Source: Cladosporium halotolerans (Eukaryota). Taken from it: a stretch of 64,000 nt of DNA. Below, piece by piece: positions 12,372 through 23,644 of this stretch. The notes beneath the pieces are model-generated. The model ran no database searches. It was given only the letters and a program-made list of their open reading frames with translations, and was not told where the DNA came from. Location of the stretch: positions 372,001 to 436,000 of the forward strand of contig NW_027191469.1 in the NCBI RefSeq assembly GCF_011745625.1. The letters run 5' to 3'. The translations under genes were made by a program, and so were the position numbers. The stretch's first letter is position 1. Each line of letters opens with the position of its first letter.

Positions 12372-15300
12372 ATGATGGAGAACGAGGGCCGAGTTGTCAA
12401 GCGCCAGAAGCTCAGCAATGGCGTTGTCGGCCGCCCGCAGCGTACGCCTGGCGCATCGAGAATCTTCGCGCCCTACCGAACTGTAGGTTTGGTGTCGCCC
12501 ACCAGCGTCCCGTTCACCAGCGTTCCTCTCGGCAAGACGACCTTCCAAATTACGACCTCTGTTGGCCGCAGCCTTCAGACGTACGACTTGCGCCGAGGCC
12601 TCAACCTTGTCTTCATTACTCGGCCTCAAACTCCCGAAGTGATCACCGCAAGCACAGCCTGGAAGGACAAAGTTTTCGCAGCATGGGGAGGCGAGGGAAA
12701 GAAGGCGGCGAGGGGCGTGTGGACGTTCAAGAGAGGCAAGAAAGAGGCGGAACTGGAATTGCCTAAGGGATTGACCGAGAACGTCAAGTCTTTCTACGTC
12801 TTTGGATCTTGGATTGTTGGCGTATGCGATAAGCGTCTTTTGGTCTGGAAAGCCTCGACTTACGAACTTTACACGGTACTACGAGGAATCTCTCCCGAGA
12901 GCTTCACTGGCTGCATCGCCAGTCTGCCCACGTTCCTCAACAAAGTCGTGGTAGGTCGTCAAGATGGCAGTGTTGAAATTTGGAACGTTTCGTCCGCGAA
13001 GATGGTGTACACGATCATGCCGCCGTCAGCTACATACGGTGCCGTCACTGCTCTCGAGCCGACGCCTGCGCTTGGTTTGGTCGCTATTGCTTATGAGCAA
13101 GGCCCTGTCCTCATTCACGACGTCAAAGCCGACCAGACTGTCATCGCTCTGAACGCTTCTTCTGGATTGGCGGTCACATCGATCTCTTTCCGCACTGACG
13201 GCATGGGAGCTGGCGACGACGGCAGGAAGTCAGGCGTTATGGCTACAGCATCCACACAGTCTGGCGACATCACTCTCTGGGACTTGAACAATGGTGGCAG
13301 GAAAGCTGGTACTCTACGCGCAGCGCACGCGAACCCAAGCCCGAACTACGGAGGCGGCGTCAGCAAGGTCGAATTCCTGGCTGGACAGGCGGTGATTGTG
13401 ACCAGTGGAATGGACAACAGTCTCAAGACGTGGGTCTTCGACGCAGTGCCTTTCAGCCCTATCCCGCGCATTTTGCACCAACGTCAAGGCCACGGCGCGC
13501 CTATCACGAAACTCGATTTCTTGCCTTCAGCCTCTGACGGTTCGGACGATACCAACAAGTGGCTCATGTCTGGTAGCAAGGACCGCAGCTTGTGGGGATG
13601 GTCTCTACGTCGCGATGGACAAAGCACGGAGCTTAGTCAGGGTGCGATTCAAAGCAAAGCGAAGAAGCAAGGTCTGCTTGCGACTGGAAACAGGGACAGT
13701 CTGGAAGACCTCAAATGCCCTCCAATTACGGCCATGGCTTGTAGCCTGAACAGAGACGGCGGTATCGGTGCCATTCCTGGAAAGCACCCGATCTGGCAGG
13801 GCGCCAAGGGAAAGAAGGTCGATGCGGAAGTGAGCGCGATGACTGGTTGGGAGAGCGTTGTCACTGCTCACGAGAACGACAAGAAGGCTCGCACCTGGTT
13901 CTGGGGGCGGAAGCGAGCAGGCAGATGGGCGTTTGACTCTGGCGATGGCGGCAACGTCAGTGCTGTTGCCATGTCTCCCTGTGGCACATTTGCTGTCGTA
14001 GGTAGCGAGACTGGCAGCGTAGACATGTACAACCTGCAGTCAGGTCAGCATCGACAACGCTTCCCTGCTCGGCTTACCCCAAACCAAGCGAAGCAGCTTC
14101 AAACAGATATGGAGAAGCAAGGTCTTTTGGAAGAGGGTGATGGCAAGAAAAAGTTCTTCCGAGGACAAGGCAGGCATGCCACTGCTGTTGTTGGTTTGGC
14201 CGTTGACAACCTCAATAAGACGGTTGTCTCTGCTGGTTCTGACGGGAAGGTGAAGTTCTGGGATTTCAGCAGTGGTCTTTTGGTGCACCAGATCGACTGG
14301 TCATTGTCATGTCGCATCGGCTCGATGCGCTACCACAGAGGAACCGATTTGATCGCCCTGGCTTGCACTGACGGATGTGTCCGTGTGGTGGACATCGCAA
14401 CACACAAGCTCATTCGTGAACTCTGGCCCTCGCGACCGGTGATTCCTGAGCTTTCTGGCCGAACTGTTTCAGACTACGTCTTCTCTAGCGATGGCAACTG
14501 GATTGCAGCTGCCATGGGTGAGCTGGTCTTGCTCTGGGACCTTCCCACAGGCCATCTTGTCGACGCTTTCAAGCTCACAGCGCCATGCACCAGCCTGGCA
14601 TTCTCGCCTACCGGCGAATATCTCGCTACTTCTACCTCCGACAGCGTTGGTGTTGACATCTGGACCAACAAGACGCTATTCACACACGTCCCTACCCGCC
14701 ACATTGGAGCCACAGACCTCACCGCCATCCTCGCAAGTGGCGCCCAAGCGCCTACTGCCAGTGGAGAGGGTGGTCAGAATCTCATCGCTGCCGACAACGC
14801 TGAGGAGTCTGAAGACGAAGACATCGTCGACGCTCTTTCGGATGAAGCTACTCTCGATGCACTCTCTTCCGATCTCCTCTCCCTGTCACTCGTACCGCGC
14901 TCGCGCTGGCAAAACCTGCTCCACCTCGATCTCATTCGCCAACGCAACAAGCCCACTGAGGCTCCCAAGAAGCCCGAGAAGGCGCCATTTTTCCTGCCTT
15001 CTTTGCAAGATCAGCAGAAGGGCATCACGACCTCTGCTCAGAAAGCCTCGGAGGAAGCTAATCTGGCCCAGATCGAGCAGGAGCGCAGCCGTGTGCTTAA
15101 AAATGCGCGCGCAGGTACTCGCAGCCAATTCACGTCGCTACTGCAGGCAGCGGACATGAGTCCTACGGCTGATTACGGCGCGTTCGTTGCGCATCTCAAG
15201 ACGCTCAACCCTGCTGCTGCAGACATCGAGATCCGATCGTTGAGTGTTTCTGGCAATGAGCTCTCACTCTTCGTGCAGGCACTTGTTTGGTTGATGGAGC

Positions 15301-15500
15301 AGAGGCGCGACTTCGAGCTCGGACAGGCGTGGATGGCGGTCTTCCTCCGCTGCCACGGCGACTTAGTAGCGAATGACGAGAGCCTAAGAGCCGCTGTCGG
15401 CGAGTGGCAAGAGGGTCTGAGGAGAGAGAAGGAGAGAGTCGTGAAGCTCAGCGGGTATGCTGCTGGTATGGTCGGTTGGCTTAGAGCGGCGAGGGTGTAG
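12372..15500 (+). CDS. UTP21: U3 snoRNA-associated WD40 protein Utp21 (WDR36)
   Basis: SRIFAPYRTVG N-terminus, many WD repeats, C-terminal RWQNLLHLDLIRQRNKPTEAPKKPEKAPFFLP and DFELGQAWMAVFL motifs. Confidence 0.95.
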   Translation: MMENEGRVVKRQKLSNGVVGRPQRTPGASRIFAPYRTVGLVSPTSVPFTSVPLGKTTFQITTSVGRSLQTYDLRRGLNLVFITRPQTPEVITASTAWKDKVFAAWGGEGKKAARGVWTFKRGKKEAELELPKGLTENVKSFYVFGSWIVGVCDKRLLVWKASTYELYTVLRGISPESFTGCIASLPTFLNKVVVGRQDGSVEIWNVSSAKMVYTIMPPSATYGAVTALEPTPALGLVAIAYEQGPVLIHDVKADQTVIALNASSGLAVTSISFRTDGMGAGDDGRKSGVMATASTQSGDITLWDLNNGGRKAGTLRAAHANPSPNYGGGVSKVEFLAGQAVIVTSGMDNSLKTWVFDAVPFSPIPRILHQRQGHGAPITKLDFLPSASDGSDDTNKWLMSGSKDRSLWGWSLRRDGQSTELSQGAIQSKAKKQGLLATGNRDSLEDLKCPPITAMACSLNRDGGIGAIPGKHPIWQGAKGKKVDAEVSAMTGWESVVTAHENDKKARTWFWGRKRAGRWAFDSGDGGNVSAVAMSPCGTFAVVGSETGSVDMYNLQSGQHRQRFPARLTPNQAKQLQTDMEKQGLLEEGDGKKKFFRGQGRHATAVVGLAVDNLNKTVVSAGSDGKVKFWDFSSGLLVHQIDWSLSCRIGSMRYHRGTDLIALACTDGCVRVVDIATHKLIRELWPSRPVIPELSGRTVSDYVFSSDGNWIAAAMGELVLLWDLPTGHLVDAFKLTAPCTSLAFSPTGEYLATSTSDSVGVDIWTNKTLFTHVPTRHIGATDLTAILASGAQAPTASGEGGQNLIAADNAEESEDEDIVDALSDEATLDALSSDLLSLSLVPRSRWQNLLHLDLIRQRNKPTEAPKKPEKAPFFLPSLQDQQKGITTSAQKASEEANLAQIEQERSRVLKNARAGTRSQFTSLLQAADMSPTADYGAFVAHLKTLNPAAADIEIRSLSVSGNELSLFVQALVWLMEQRRDFELGQAWMAVFLRCHGDLVANDESLRAAVGEWQEGLRREKERVVKLSGYAAGMVGWLRAARV

Positions 15501-15620
15501 TGTAGTAGTAGTCACAGACAATTGTACAACAGCAGCACAGCACAGTGAGCAGACCGTGGTCCATTAATAGACTGCCTTACTGCGACCTTTCCAAGTCTTT
15601 CTGGCATCATGCAAGCAATA

Positions 15621-16136
15621 TCATGACCGACCATTAATCGCATTCCCTCCCAACCAAAACAACCTGCAACAAATGAAATTGCTCGTCCACCACAGCACGC
15701 CCCTCGCAAGACTTAATTCTGCCTTCTCAATAAAAACGTACGCCGCAGCATACGCGACTCTTACCAGCACGTACGCCAACGCGCTGCGATTAATCTCCGT
15801 CGTCTCCAGCCCCGCCACATGCGCCCAGATCAACGCGCCCACGAAGAACGGGAGGTGCTCGATGCTGTTGGCGTGCGCGCCCTCGATGCGGTGCAGGCGG
15901 TTCAGCTGCTTCTGCGTGAGCTTGCCGGCCGCGACGGCCGCAGGGCCGTATTTGGCCAGGTCCTGGCGCGGGCTGACGTTGTGGTCGATGCGGTAGTAGT
16001 TTTTGAGGGGGCGCGTGGAGATCGCGGCGTGGGCGAAGAGGAATTGGAAGATTATGGCTGTCGCTGCGTAGGATGGCGGTGGGGCGGTGTTCGGAGAGGG
16101 GCTTTGGAGGCCGAGGGCTGTGAGGAGGGCGGACAT
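15621..16136 (-). CDS. MAPEG family membrane protein
   Basis: IDHNVSPRQDL..RLHRIEGAHANSIEHLPFF..RVAYAAAY with hydrophobic helices. Likely start MSALL at 16136. Confidence 0.85.
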   Translation of the reverse strand: MSALLTALGLQSPSPNTAPPPSYAATAIIFQFLFAHAAISTRPLKNYYRIDHNVSPRQDLAKYGPAAVAAGKLTQKQLNRLHRIEGAHANSIEHLPFFVGALIWAHVAGLETTEINRSALAYVLVRVAYAAAYVFIEKAELSLARGVLWWTSNFICCRLFWLGGNAINGRS

Positions 16137-17078
16137 GGTTTGGTCTGGGAGTTCCGGTCGGTGATGGATGGTATATCTCACGGTGAAGCTTGGTCTAGTG
16201 TGTTGCCGGCTGTTCTGTCACAGACAGGAGAGTGGCACAACGGGCGCGGCTTTAGGACCATCTCCTAAGGCCAGCCTGATGGTGTGTCATGTGGCTGCCA
16301 ACAAGAGAGACTGCTGTCTGTAAGGTGCACTATATGCTGGTCTTTGAAGTCTGCACCTTTCCTGAGCCTTGCACGTGTTGATACAGACACCAGATTGCCA
16401 ACCCAAGAACCATGATGCTCGCCAGAACATCTCCAGACTCATCAAGCGATCTTCCACGAGACGATCAGTGGGCCGCCTGGCAGCACAGCTCCGAAAGCGG
16501 TGGCTTGTGCCGCCAGGTTGAATCCTTCGGGCTTCAGCCTCAGCACTGCCTTCTTGCATCGACACCTTTCGCTCCCCAGCATTAGCCCCGTCCATAGAGG
16601 GTTGTCGCGTGATCTAGCCAATGCAAGAACACGGCTCCCTTTCAGCGGCGCGATGCCGTTCTACCAGCCGCACCATCTCGTTGTCACGAGAGCCCCTCGC
16701 ACTGTGTGGCAGTGTTCTATTGCGGTCACACAAACACAGCCGTTTCTGCGATTGATGCTGATCGGTGACGATGTAGGATTCGGCTCAGCGTCAGGCTGAG
16801 TGCACCATGTCCAGTCTAGTCAAAGGTAGGCTGCTCTCAAGTGCACCTCAAATACCAGCCAGGTCGCTCTGGGGAACTGTTATCTTGTGCCTCAAACACA
16901 ACTTGCAATCAATCCAATCTCGTCAGGACGCGCTCCTCACCACCCCACTTCTTCCTTCTTGAGTACAAAGAAATACACTGTGACCGTTCCTTCTCCTGCG
17001 CCTTGCTGAGGCACTGCACTTCTCGAGCTCGTATCTGGCCCTGACGCCTTTCCCTACTGGCTAATCGAAACAATCACC

Positions 17079-18047
17079 ATGGCACACTACTCCGGGGGGA
17101 CTGTCCACGTGCAGCCCTTTCAACACTTTCAGGCAGGACATTGTTTGAACCAGGCACCTATGCAGCAGCAGTCATGGCCTCCGCCTTACTACGATGCGAG
17201 CTCATATATATCGCCCATGGCCTCGCACAACCAGCCATCCAATCTTTCACAATACAACAGCACACCGACACCACTCCCAATCCAACCAGATCCTCTCCCA
17301 CCACATTCGCATCCTGAGAAGCTTTCACCAACGCAGGCGTACGCGTTCCAAGGCCCCATGCCTGTCCAACCGCTTCGGCTTGGGAAGCACGATGTCCTGG
17401 ATCCTAAGACAAACACTCCCATCCTCGCCATTTCCAGGGATGCAGTCCACATGCCGTCCTTCCTCTCCAGCAAGCCCCTCCTGACGATCACCAAATGTTC
17501 GACCGTCGCCCGCGTCGGCACCATCCGCTTCCACAATATGACCACCTCCGACATCGAGTTGACTATCAACGGCCAACAGACCATCCTCTCCAGCTCCGGC
17601 ATAATGCACAGGCGATGGACTTTCAAACCTCTGACGACCAAAGCACCCCAGCCATGGTACTGGCAGCGAGACAAAGTCTACAAGCGCCATCTCGTTCTTA
17701 CGGACGCGAAGAAGAACGGAAACATCATCGCTCGCATGAAGCGAGACACGCTTACTTTCGAATCAGTGGGGCTGAGTGAAGAGACGCTGGACGAAATCGT
17801 CATGACTGCCGTCGCGTTGGCGGAGTATGCTAGGAGGCGCACCAAGTCGGGCGAGGTTGCTGACGTTTCTGGCTTCCTGGTGGACGGAGGAGGAACTGCT
17901 TATTCCTCATCCGGTTCCTCTGGAGGTCATCATCATGGTGCGTACGTTGGTGGCGGAGGGTTTGGGTTTGGAGGCGATGGGGGCGGATGCAGTGGAGGTG
18001 GAGGGGGAGGCGACGGTGGCGGAGGAGGAGGAGGTGGTGGATGTTGA
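17079..18047 (+). CDS. hypothetical protein: P/Q-rich N-terminus, putative tubby/LURP-one-like beta domain, Gly-rich tail
   Basis: 322-aa ORF with ACCATG start. Alternating beta-strands followed by a hydrophobic helix (LDEIVMTAVAL). Paralogous to 20171-20959. Fold call is inference. Confidence 0.7.
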   Translation: MAHYSGGTVHVQPFQHFQAGHCLNQAPMQQQSWPPPYYDASSYISPMASHNQPSNLSQYNSTPTPLPIQPDPLPPHSHPEKLSPTQAYAFQGPMPVQPLRLGKHDVLDPKTNTPILAISRDAVHMPSFLSSKPLLTITKCSTVARVGTIRFHNMTTSDIELTINGQQTILSSSGIMHRRWTFKPLTTKAPQPWYWQRDKVYKRHLVLTDAKKNGNIIARMKRDTLTFESVGLSEETLDEIVMTAVALAEYARRRTKSGEVADVSGFLVDGGGTAYSSSGSSGGHHHGAYVGGGGFGFGGDGGGCSGGGGGGDGGGGGGGGGC

Positions 18048-18750
18048 GCTGGGCATTGGCTTGCAGCAAAATTTGACGGCCGGGAATTGTATTGTTATAT
18101 CAAAGTCTTACGTGTTAACGATTTCGCATTCTCGCACCGCAGAACTCAATCGATTTGTGTAAATGCCATTTGCTTCACATGGGTCTCAAGTAATCATCAT
18201 TCGTCATTCTAGGGTCAAGTAGTGTCTTCCTGCAGTGACTTCGTGGCGGAAAGCACAGCGTCTGGAAAGCTAAGGGAGGATCTGGCCTCGAAATACAACC
18301 GTCAACATGCCAAAATTCAACGCAACAAATGTTGGGAGGACCAAGCCTCAGATTCACAGCTTCGAACCATGAGTTCTACTACCTGTACTAGCGTAATTAC
18401 AAATCCTTGCTATCCACAAGCTCACTCGACCGTTATTGAACAGCCATTGAGATGACATCATACGCAGCTAATAGCAGCCAACATCAGGGGCAATCGCCAC
18501 GGCGTAGAAATGTCGCGAATAGTGTGCCGTGGTGCACATGTGACACCAGAGATGGCTCAAAGCAGTCGAGAATGCCGATCGAAACGCCTACCTGTCCAGT
18601 CACAGGATGGATTCCAAGCTTAGACTAAGCGGCTAACTCCTCGATGATCTGAACAATTGAACGATCGATGAACGTAGGAGCTTCAACTCGGAGCCTCTTT
18701 TTGGACATTCAATCTCCATCGCATCACTGCGCAGTACTTCATACAAAGAG

Positions 18751-19827
18751 ATGGTCGAACCGAAAGGAAAGGACAAATCTTTTCAATTCGTCAACTATTC
18801 AAGCCTTGGCGACACCCCAAATGGCGAGGTTCGGAGACAAGTGCGGTCTCAAGCAACTAGGTGGCGGCACAGTCAGTCACGGGCAAGGCTGCGAAGTACA
18901 GCGCAATCACTCATTCCGGATGCCCCAAGACGCATAGACAGTGTAGTCGAGCGATCATATCGATCGACAGTGCCCCGGACGCCACATCCACGGGGTAGAA
19001 CAACAATCCCAGCTCGATCTCCTGCGTATTACAACAGCTATGCCGATCAAGCAACCGAAGACGAGTATATCAACCCCGACACCGACGAGACCAAAGCAGA
19101 AGCAACATTCTTTTCTCCGGATGCATGCCGAATCGCCAGCAGCGGCTTGACCAAGTCTTTCTCGCAAGGAGCAATGGCATTCAAAACGATCGCTCTTCAA
19201 GACTCGGCGAACATCGTTGGCCTCAGCCTTCATGACATGCGACTTGAACTGTCCAGCGTCATGAGTCTGTACCGGAGCATATGCGAGATGCAAGCCGTCG
19301 ACTTCTCTCAACAATACGCTATCAAGGGTGACGCATCGTCCTGGGGCAGGTTCTGCTCCTTCGTATTCACCGACCCAATCCTCCTATCCACGGCTGTTCT
19401 ACTAGGCGTGCGCAATCAACTTGATGTCACAGCCAGGTGCATTGAAGGACAAACCTTTGCCGGCGTGCTCCACATCGAACAATTCCTGATGCGCAGCATC
19501 TCCGAAGCACTCGGCGATCCAGTCCGCGGGATATCTGACCAGATGCTTATAGCAGTCGCCCTGTGTGCTGCTTATGAGATCAAGCATGGTTCCGGAGCTT
19601 GCTACCACGTCCACATGCAGGGCTTGGTACAGATGGTCAACCTTCGAGGCGGACTAGTCGCCATCGGTAGCCCCGACCCGTACATTGTACGTTTGCTCGT
19701 CTGGATTGACGTCAACACCTCGAGGCTTGCTGGTTGTAGGCCGTATTTCGAAGGAAAGGTCCATGGACTGACCGCGCATCCACGCGCGAATACTCCTACG
19801 TTCAGGACAAAGGGCATCGCCGCTTGA
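18751..19827 (+). CDS. fungal-specific transcription-factor-domain protein lacking a Zn2Cys6 cluster
   Basis: FQFVN..RRQVRSQA N-terminus; helical domain with ISDQMLIAV and HMQGLVQMVNLRGGL, typical of this fungal family. Confidence 0.8.
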   Translation: MVEPKGKDKSFQFVNYSSLGDTPNGEVRRQVRSQATRWRHSQSRARLRSTAQSLIPDAPRRIDSVVERSYRSTVPRTPHPRGRTTIPARSPAYYNSYADQATEDEYINPDTDETKAEATFFSPDACRIASSGLTKSFSQGAMAFKTIALQDSANIVGLSLHDMRLELSSVMSLYRSICEMQAVDFSQQYAIKGDASSWGRFCSFVFTDPILLSTAVLLGVRNQLDVTARCIEGQTFAGVLHIEQFLMRSISEALGDPVRGISDQMLIAVALCAAYEIKHGSGACYHVHMQGLVQMVNLRGGLVAIGSPDPYIVRLLVWIDVNTSRLAGCRPYFEGKVHGLTAHPRANTPTFRTKGIAA

Positions 19828-20170
19828 AGTCAATGGAAACCAGAAGGATGGCAAGCATTGAAAACTGGTACTTCAACTGGTCTCTGAGACGCCCTTCAGT
19901 GAGATTTCTCTCTGATCCGAGTTTGTGTCTTCATCTGGTAAGCTTGCTCAGCCGCAGCAGCTGCATTTGATCCTTCGCAGGCACTGACCAATGAAACTGC
20001 AATACCAATCTGCGATCATCGTTCAGCGGCGCAAATGTCCAAAAAGAGTAGGAGTTGCAATGCGGCGATGCTGACAACAGTGCCGTACCTACGCGACCAT
20101 AAAAGGCTTTAAGAAATGCCATTTCGCCAGCGTTCGAAAAAGCATTACCTCATTCGGTTGCAATATCAAA

Positions 20171-20959
20171 ATGGCATATTCGTACAGCAAGAATAGCGGA
20201 CCGGCACCAACGAACATGTCTTATCAGACAATGAGTGCATATCGTCCGCATCCACCACCGGGCAGTTTTTCAGGAAGTCAAGATCTAGGCTTTCTCCATC
20301 CGCAAACACAATATCACCTACCTCCATGCCCACCTCCCGCCTACCCAAACCTCCTTAACCCCTACGCGAGCCCAGAAATGCCACATTGTCTTACAGTGCG
20401 ATCACCAGCACCTCCTCACGCTCCACCAGCAACCACACAGGCGCCTCCAGCCATGAAGATTTCCGGCAATACGATCTGCAACCTCACCACCGGCCAAATC
20501 ATCTACACAATCTCCAACAACAGCACATCAAGCTTCACCGGCTCCTCGTCACAGCTCAGCCTAGTGCACGCCTGGACCGGCTCCACGATCGCCCAAGCCC
20601 GCAGACACACGCTATCAAGCAACGTGATCACCGTCAACGGTCTCTCGTCGAAGCTCAAACACGACGACGCCTCCTTCAGCGAGCGCTGGGCCTACCAACC
20701 GACATGGACGAATGGGGCCGTCAAGTGGTATTTCAAGAATCCACGGAAGAGCGAGCTCCGGCTTGTGGATGCGAAGCGTGGTGGGAGAGAGATCTTGACG
20801 GTCCAGGGCGACGAGGTGATCTTTCTGGACCAGAGATTAAGATTGGAGCAGGTGGGCGAGTTGCTCTTGGCGGTGGTTCTGCTGCGTGAGGATTTAAAGG
20901 AGGGAAAAGAGGCGGAGGGAGAAGTTGCGCAAGCGGTCTTGGAGGCAGTTCTCGCGTGA
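20171..20959 (+). CDS. hypothetical protein: Pro-rich N-terminus plus putative tubby/LURP-one-like domain
   Basis: 262-aa ORF with AAAATG start. C-terminal half aligns by eye with 17079-18047. Confidence 0.7.
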   Translation: MAYSYSKNSGPAPTNMSYQTMSAYRPHPPPGSFSGSQDLGFLHPQTQYHLPPCPPPAYPNLLNPYASPEMPHCLTVRSPAPPHAPPATTQAPPAMKISGNTICNLTTGQIIYTISNNSTSSFTGSSSQLSLVHAWTGSTIAQARRHTLSSNVITVNGLSSKLKHDDASFSERWAYQPTWTNGAVKWYFKNPRKSELRLVDAKRGGREILTVQGDEVIFLDQRLRLEQVGELLLAVVLLREDLKEGKEAEGEVAQAVLEAVLA

Positions 20960-21128
20960 TGGGCTCGTCTCAAAGAATTGTAAGGGCTGGCTTCGGGAAT
21001 TGGGGCACGTATTGTTAGTATTATCGTTCTGATCCAACTCACGCTCTGCCTCAATGAAATAGAGCATGTTGATCTTGTGAAATCTTTCGTCCATTGCCGT
21101 ATTACCACTAATCCGTCAGCCTCGTACA

Positions 21129-22685
21129 CTAAACCACCCTACGGGTCAGTCTCCTGTTCTCTCTCTGTCGCTGCTGCTTCTTGGCCTCCTTTCTCTTCTT
21201 CTTCCACGCGCGATTGTTTTCGCCTCTGTGCTCATAGAACCACTTTCTGAAGTCGCTCTCGTCTTTGTGCTCCCCATCTGCAGTAGTGGTATTAGCACCA
21301 GCGTTGGTTGGTGCAGCATCCCGCATTTCTTCGTCCTCGTCTATATCACTCTGCTCGTGATCTTCGTCGTCCATGGCGAATCGAAACCTCTTTCCTAGTC
21401 CCGCTGTGTCTGGCGTGGGAGCTGCAGAGCGGAGAGCACGCCACTCCAAGTCCTGCTTGGTATGGGGAGTCTGAGGCGGGTGAGCAGGCACAGAGGCTAT
21501 TTCTTCTTCGTCCTCTTCGATATCGTCCGGGTTGAAGAAGCTGAAGGAGGTGTTGATGGGCGGAAGATTATGCTTTGCACCACCAGCCTCGGCTGTAGGA
21601 GCGCGCTTGTAGAGAGCCTCAAGCGGGTGGACTTCTCTTTCAGATTCAGGGACAGGAGTTGCAAGTTTCTCTTTCGTCACTTCATCTTCGGAGGGGGCCG
21701 CACCAGCTGCTGTCGTGGTCGATTGCTGCTTGTTTGGTTGCTCTTCTTCGTCACTGTCTTCATCGTCAGATGCCGAGGAAGCGCTTTCGCCAGCATCGTC
21801 TGAAGGAGGATCTTCGTCGTCTGATGAGACATCGGCTACGCTGTCTGCATCTTCCGGAACGTCCATCTCCATTGATTCCTGGGCTTGGCGGATCTCCTCT
21901 TGAGCCCGTCTTGCCTCCTCCGCGACACGGATTGCCTCATCTTTCGCTCTCTGTCTCCTCACAGAAAGTGGTTCGGCTTCAATAACCTCTCCGTCCTCAT
22001 TACACCAGCCCTTGCCTTCCACGTACTCCAATGCGCCCTTTGAATCGGTCTCAGCGGTGATGATGTACGGCTTCTTCTTGGTAAACTCCTCCACTACCTT
22101 GGGCGTTTTGTGGCTTTTCTTCTCACTGTCCTTGGAAGAGTCTTTCTTCGCTTTCTTGTCCTTCGACTTGCTCTTCTTCTTTTCATCTTCCAAAGGCATC
22201 GCGTTGGGCGGGACCATAGTCTTGAATCGCATCTTCTTCCCTTCCTTGGACTTCTTGTCCTTGCCTTCGCTCCATCCGCGCTTCACGTGTCTGCCCTCTT
22301 CAAGTTCATGCCCAGGAATTACGCCTTCCTCCCGCTTAGCCTTCTTCGCTTTCTTCGCCCTCTTCCTTTCCTTCCTCTCTTCCTCAGTCTCGTCCCTCTC
22401 AGCCTTGCGCTTCTTCTCGGGCCTAGCCTCCTCCACCCGCACTTTCGATCCCTTCAGAGTCGTCCCGTGCATTTTCTTTTTGAGCTTCTCGGCTTCCGCT
22501 TTCGGCAACTCAACGTATCCAAACCCGCGCTCCGGCTGAGTCTGGACGGCGTGGAAAGACACTCCAGTCGCAGCGGCTTTGGCTGACGCCGAGACGACGC
22601 GCTCGTACAGGTCCGGATTGAAAGGCGTGATGTGGAGGCGCACGCGATCAGAAGCGGTAGCGGCAGGCTGGGGAGCTGGTGGCAT
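21129..22685 (-). CDS. nucleolar RRM protein (Nop8/NOL8- or Srp40-like), K/E/D-rich
   Basis: N-terminal RRM (RLHITPF..RGFGYVEL..KGSKVRVEEARP), acidic and lysine tracts, C-terminal FRKWFYEHRGENNRAWKKKR. Likely start MPPAP at 22685. Confidence 0.8.
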   Translation of the reverse strand: MPPAPQPAATASDRVRLHITPFNPDLYERVVSASAKAAATGVSFHAVQTQPERGFGYVELPKAEAEKLKKKMHGTTLKGSKVRVEEARPEKKRKAERDETEEERKERKRAKKAKKAKREEGVIPGHELEEGRHVKRGWSEGKDKKSKEGKKMRFKTMVPPNAMPLEDEKKKSKSKDKKAKKDSSKDSEKKSHKTPKVVEEFTKKKPYIITAETDSKGALEYVEGKGWCNEDGEVIEAEPLSVRRQRAKDEAIRVAEEARRAQEEIRQAQESMEMDVPEDADSVADVSSDDEDPPSDDAGESASSASDDEDSDEEEQPNKQQSTTTAAGAAPSEDEVTKEKLATPVPESEREVHPLEALYKRAPTAEAGGAKHNLPPINTSFSFFNPDDIEEDEEEIASVPAHPPQTPHTKQDLEWRALRSAAPTPDTAGLGKRFRFAMDDEDHEQSDIDEDEEMRDAAPTNAGANTTTADGEHKDESDFRKWFYEHRGENNRAWKKKRKEAKKQQRQRENRRLTRRVV

Positions 22686-22968
22686 TTTCTGTTCCCCAAG
22701 GCGACGACCAGAACCCACTATTGCGACATTGTAGTAAGTCGCAAAGGGTCTGGTGGAATTATTTCGATGTCGATCGGCAGCAAATTGATTCAAAAGTCAG
22801 CAAATTCTGGGTCAATCGAGGCTGAACCCCACAGAAGCTCAGCAGCGGAAGCCAGGGCAGGGACCTTGTCCGTGCGAGTCCTCGAGCTTGCGCATGTGAC
22901 AACCGACGGACGTGATTTGTAGACCAGACTAGATTCATACTGTCGCAATCGCGATAGCACCAGTCGTC

Positions 22969-23480
22969 ATGGCTAGACTCAATTGGCGCCATACCCTCTT
23001 GTTCTTTGCCTTCCTATCCCTCTCTCTCGCAGCCTGTAGGTCCACCTTCCGGCTCATCCACTCGTACACCTCACTAACGCCAATGCCTCAGCACCAACAT
23101 CCTTCTGCAAATGCACCTGCTTCTCGAACAGCACCATAATACCCCTCTCCAGCACATCCTCCGACCGTCCCAAAACACCCGCGAAGCCTCCCTCGTTCTT
23201 CTCCCGCGCCGATTCCGAGGACAAGAAGAAGAAGCCGGCGCACCGCACGTGCTCAGACTGCACCAAGCAGTTCTGCCTGTCGTACAATCTGCCCATTTGC
23301 TCCACTGCCAAGGAGGAGGACGTGTTCACAACGTGTTTTCAGAGGGATAGCACGAAGGATCAGGCGGTGGTGTTCTTGTTCATTGGCGCGACGGTGAGCT
23401 TGTTGGTCTGGTCGGGCGTCAAGCCGGCTTATGACAGGTGGAGGGAGGGGAGGGGGTATGCTAGTCTTGGGAGTGGGTAG
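22969..23480 (+). CDS. small Cys-rich type I membrane protein (151 aa), spliced; missed by the ORF track
   Basis: Signal peptide MARLNWRHTLLFFAFLSLSLAA. Intron 23036-23091 (GTAGGT..ACTAAC..CAG). Then SFCKCTCFSNST..CSDCTKQFCLSYNLPIC..CFQRDSTKDQ and a TM helix VVFLFIGATVSLLVW. Stop ends at 23480. Confidence 0.85.
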
Positions 23481-23644
23481 AGGTGCAATATGGCAAATCT
23501 TTGATCAATATGGCGTTACTCGCTCTTTGTTGTCATTCCCTATGGAAGCTACTGTCCGGGCCATTCTCTGGTCAAAAGCCTCATCACGGAGAGACGACCG
23601 CTTAACACATCTGGAGCCCCAGGCACAGTCACAATGGATCCGAC

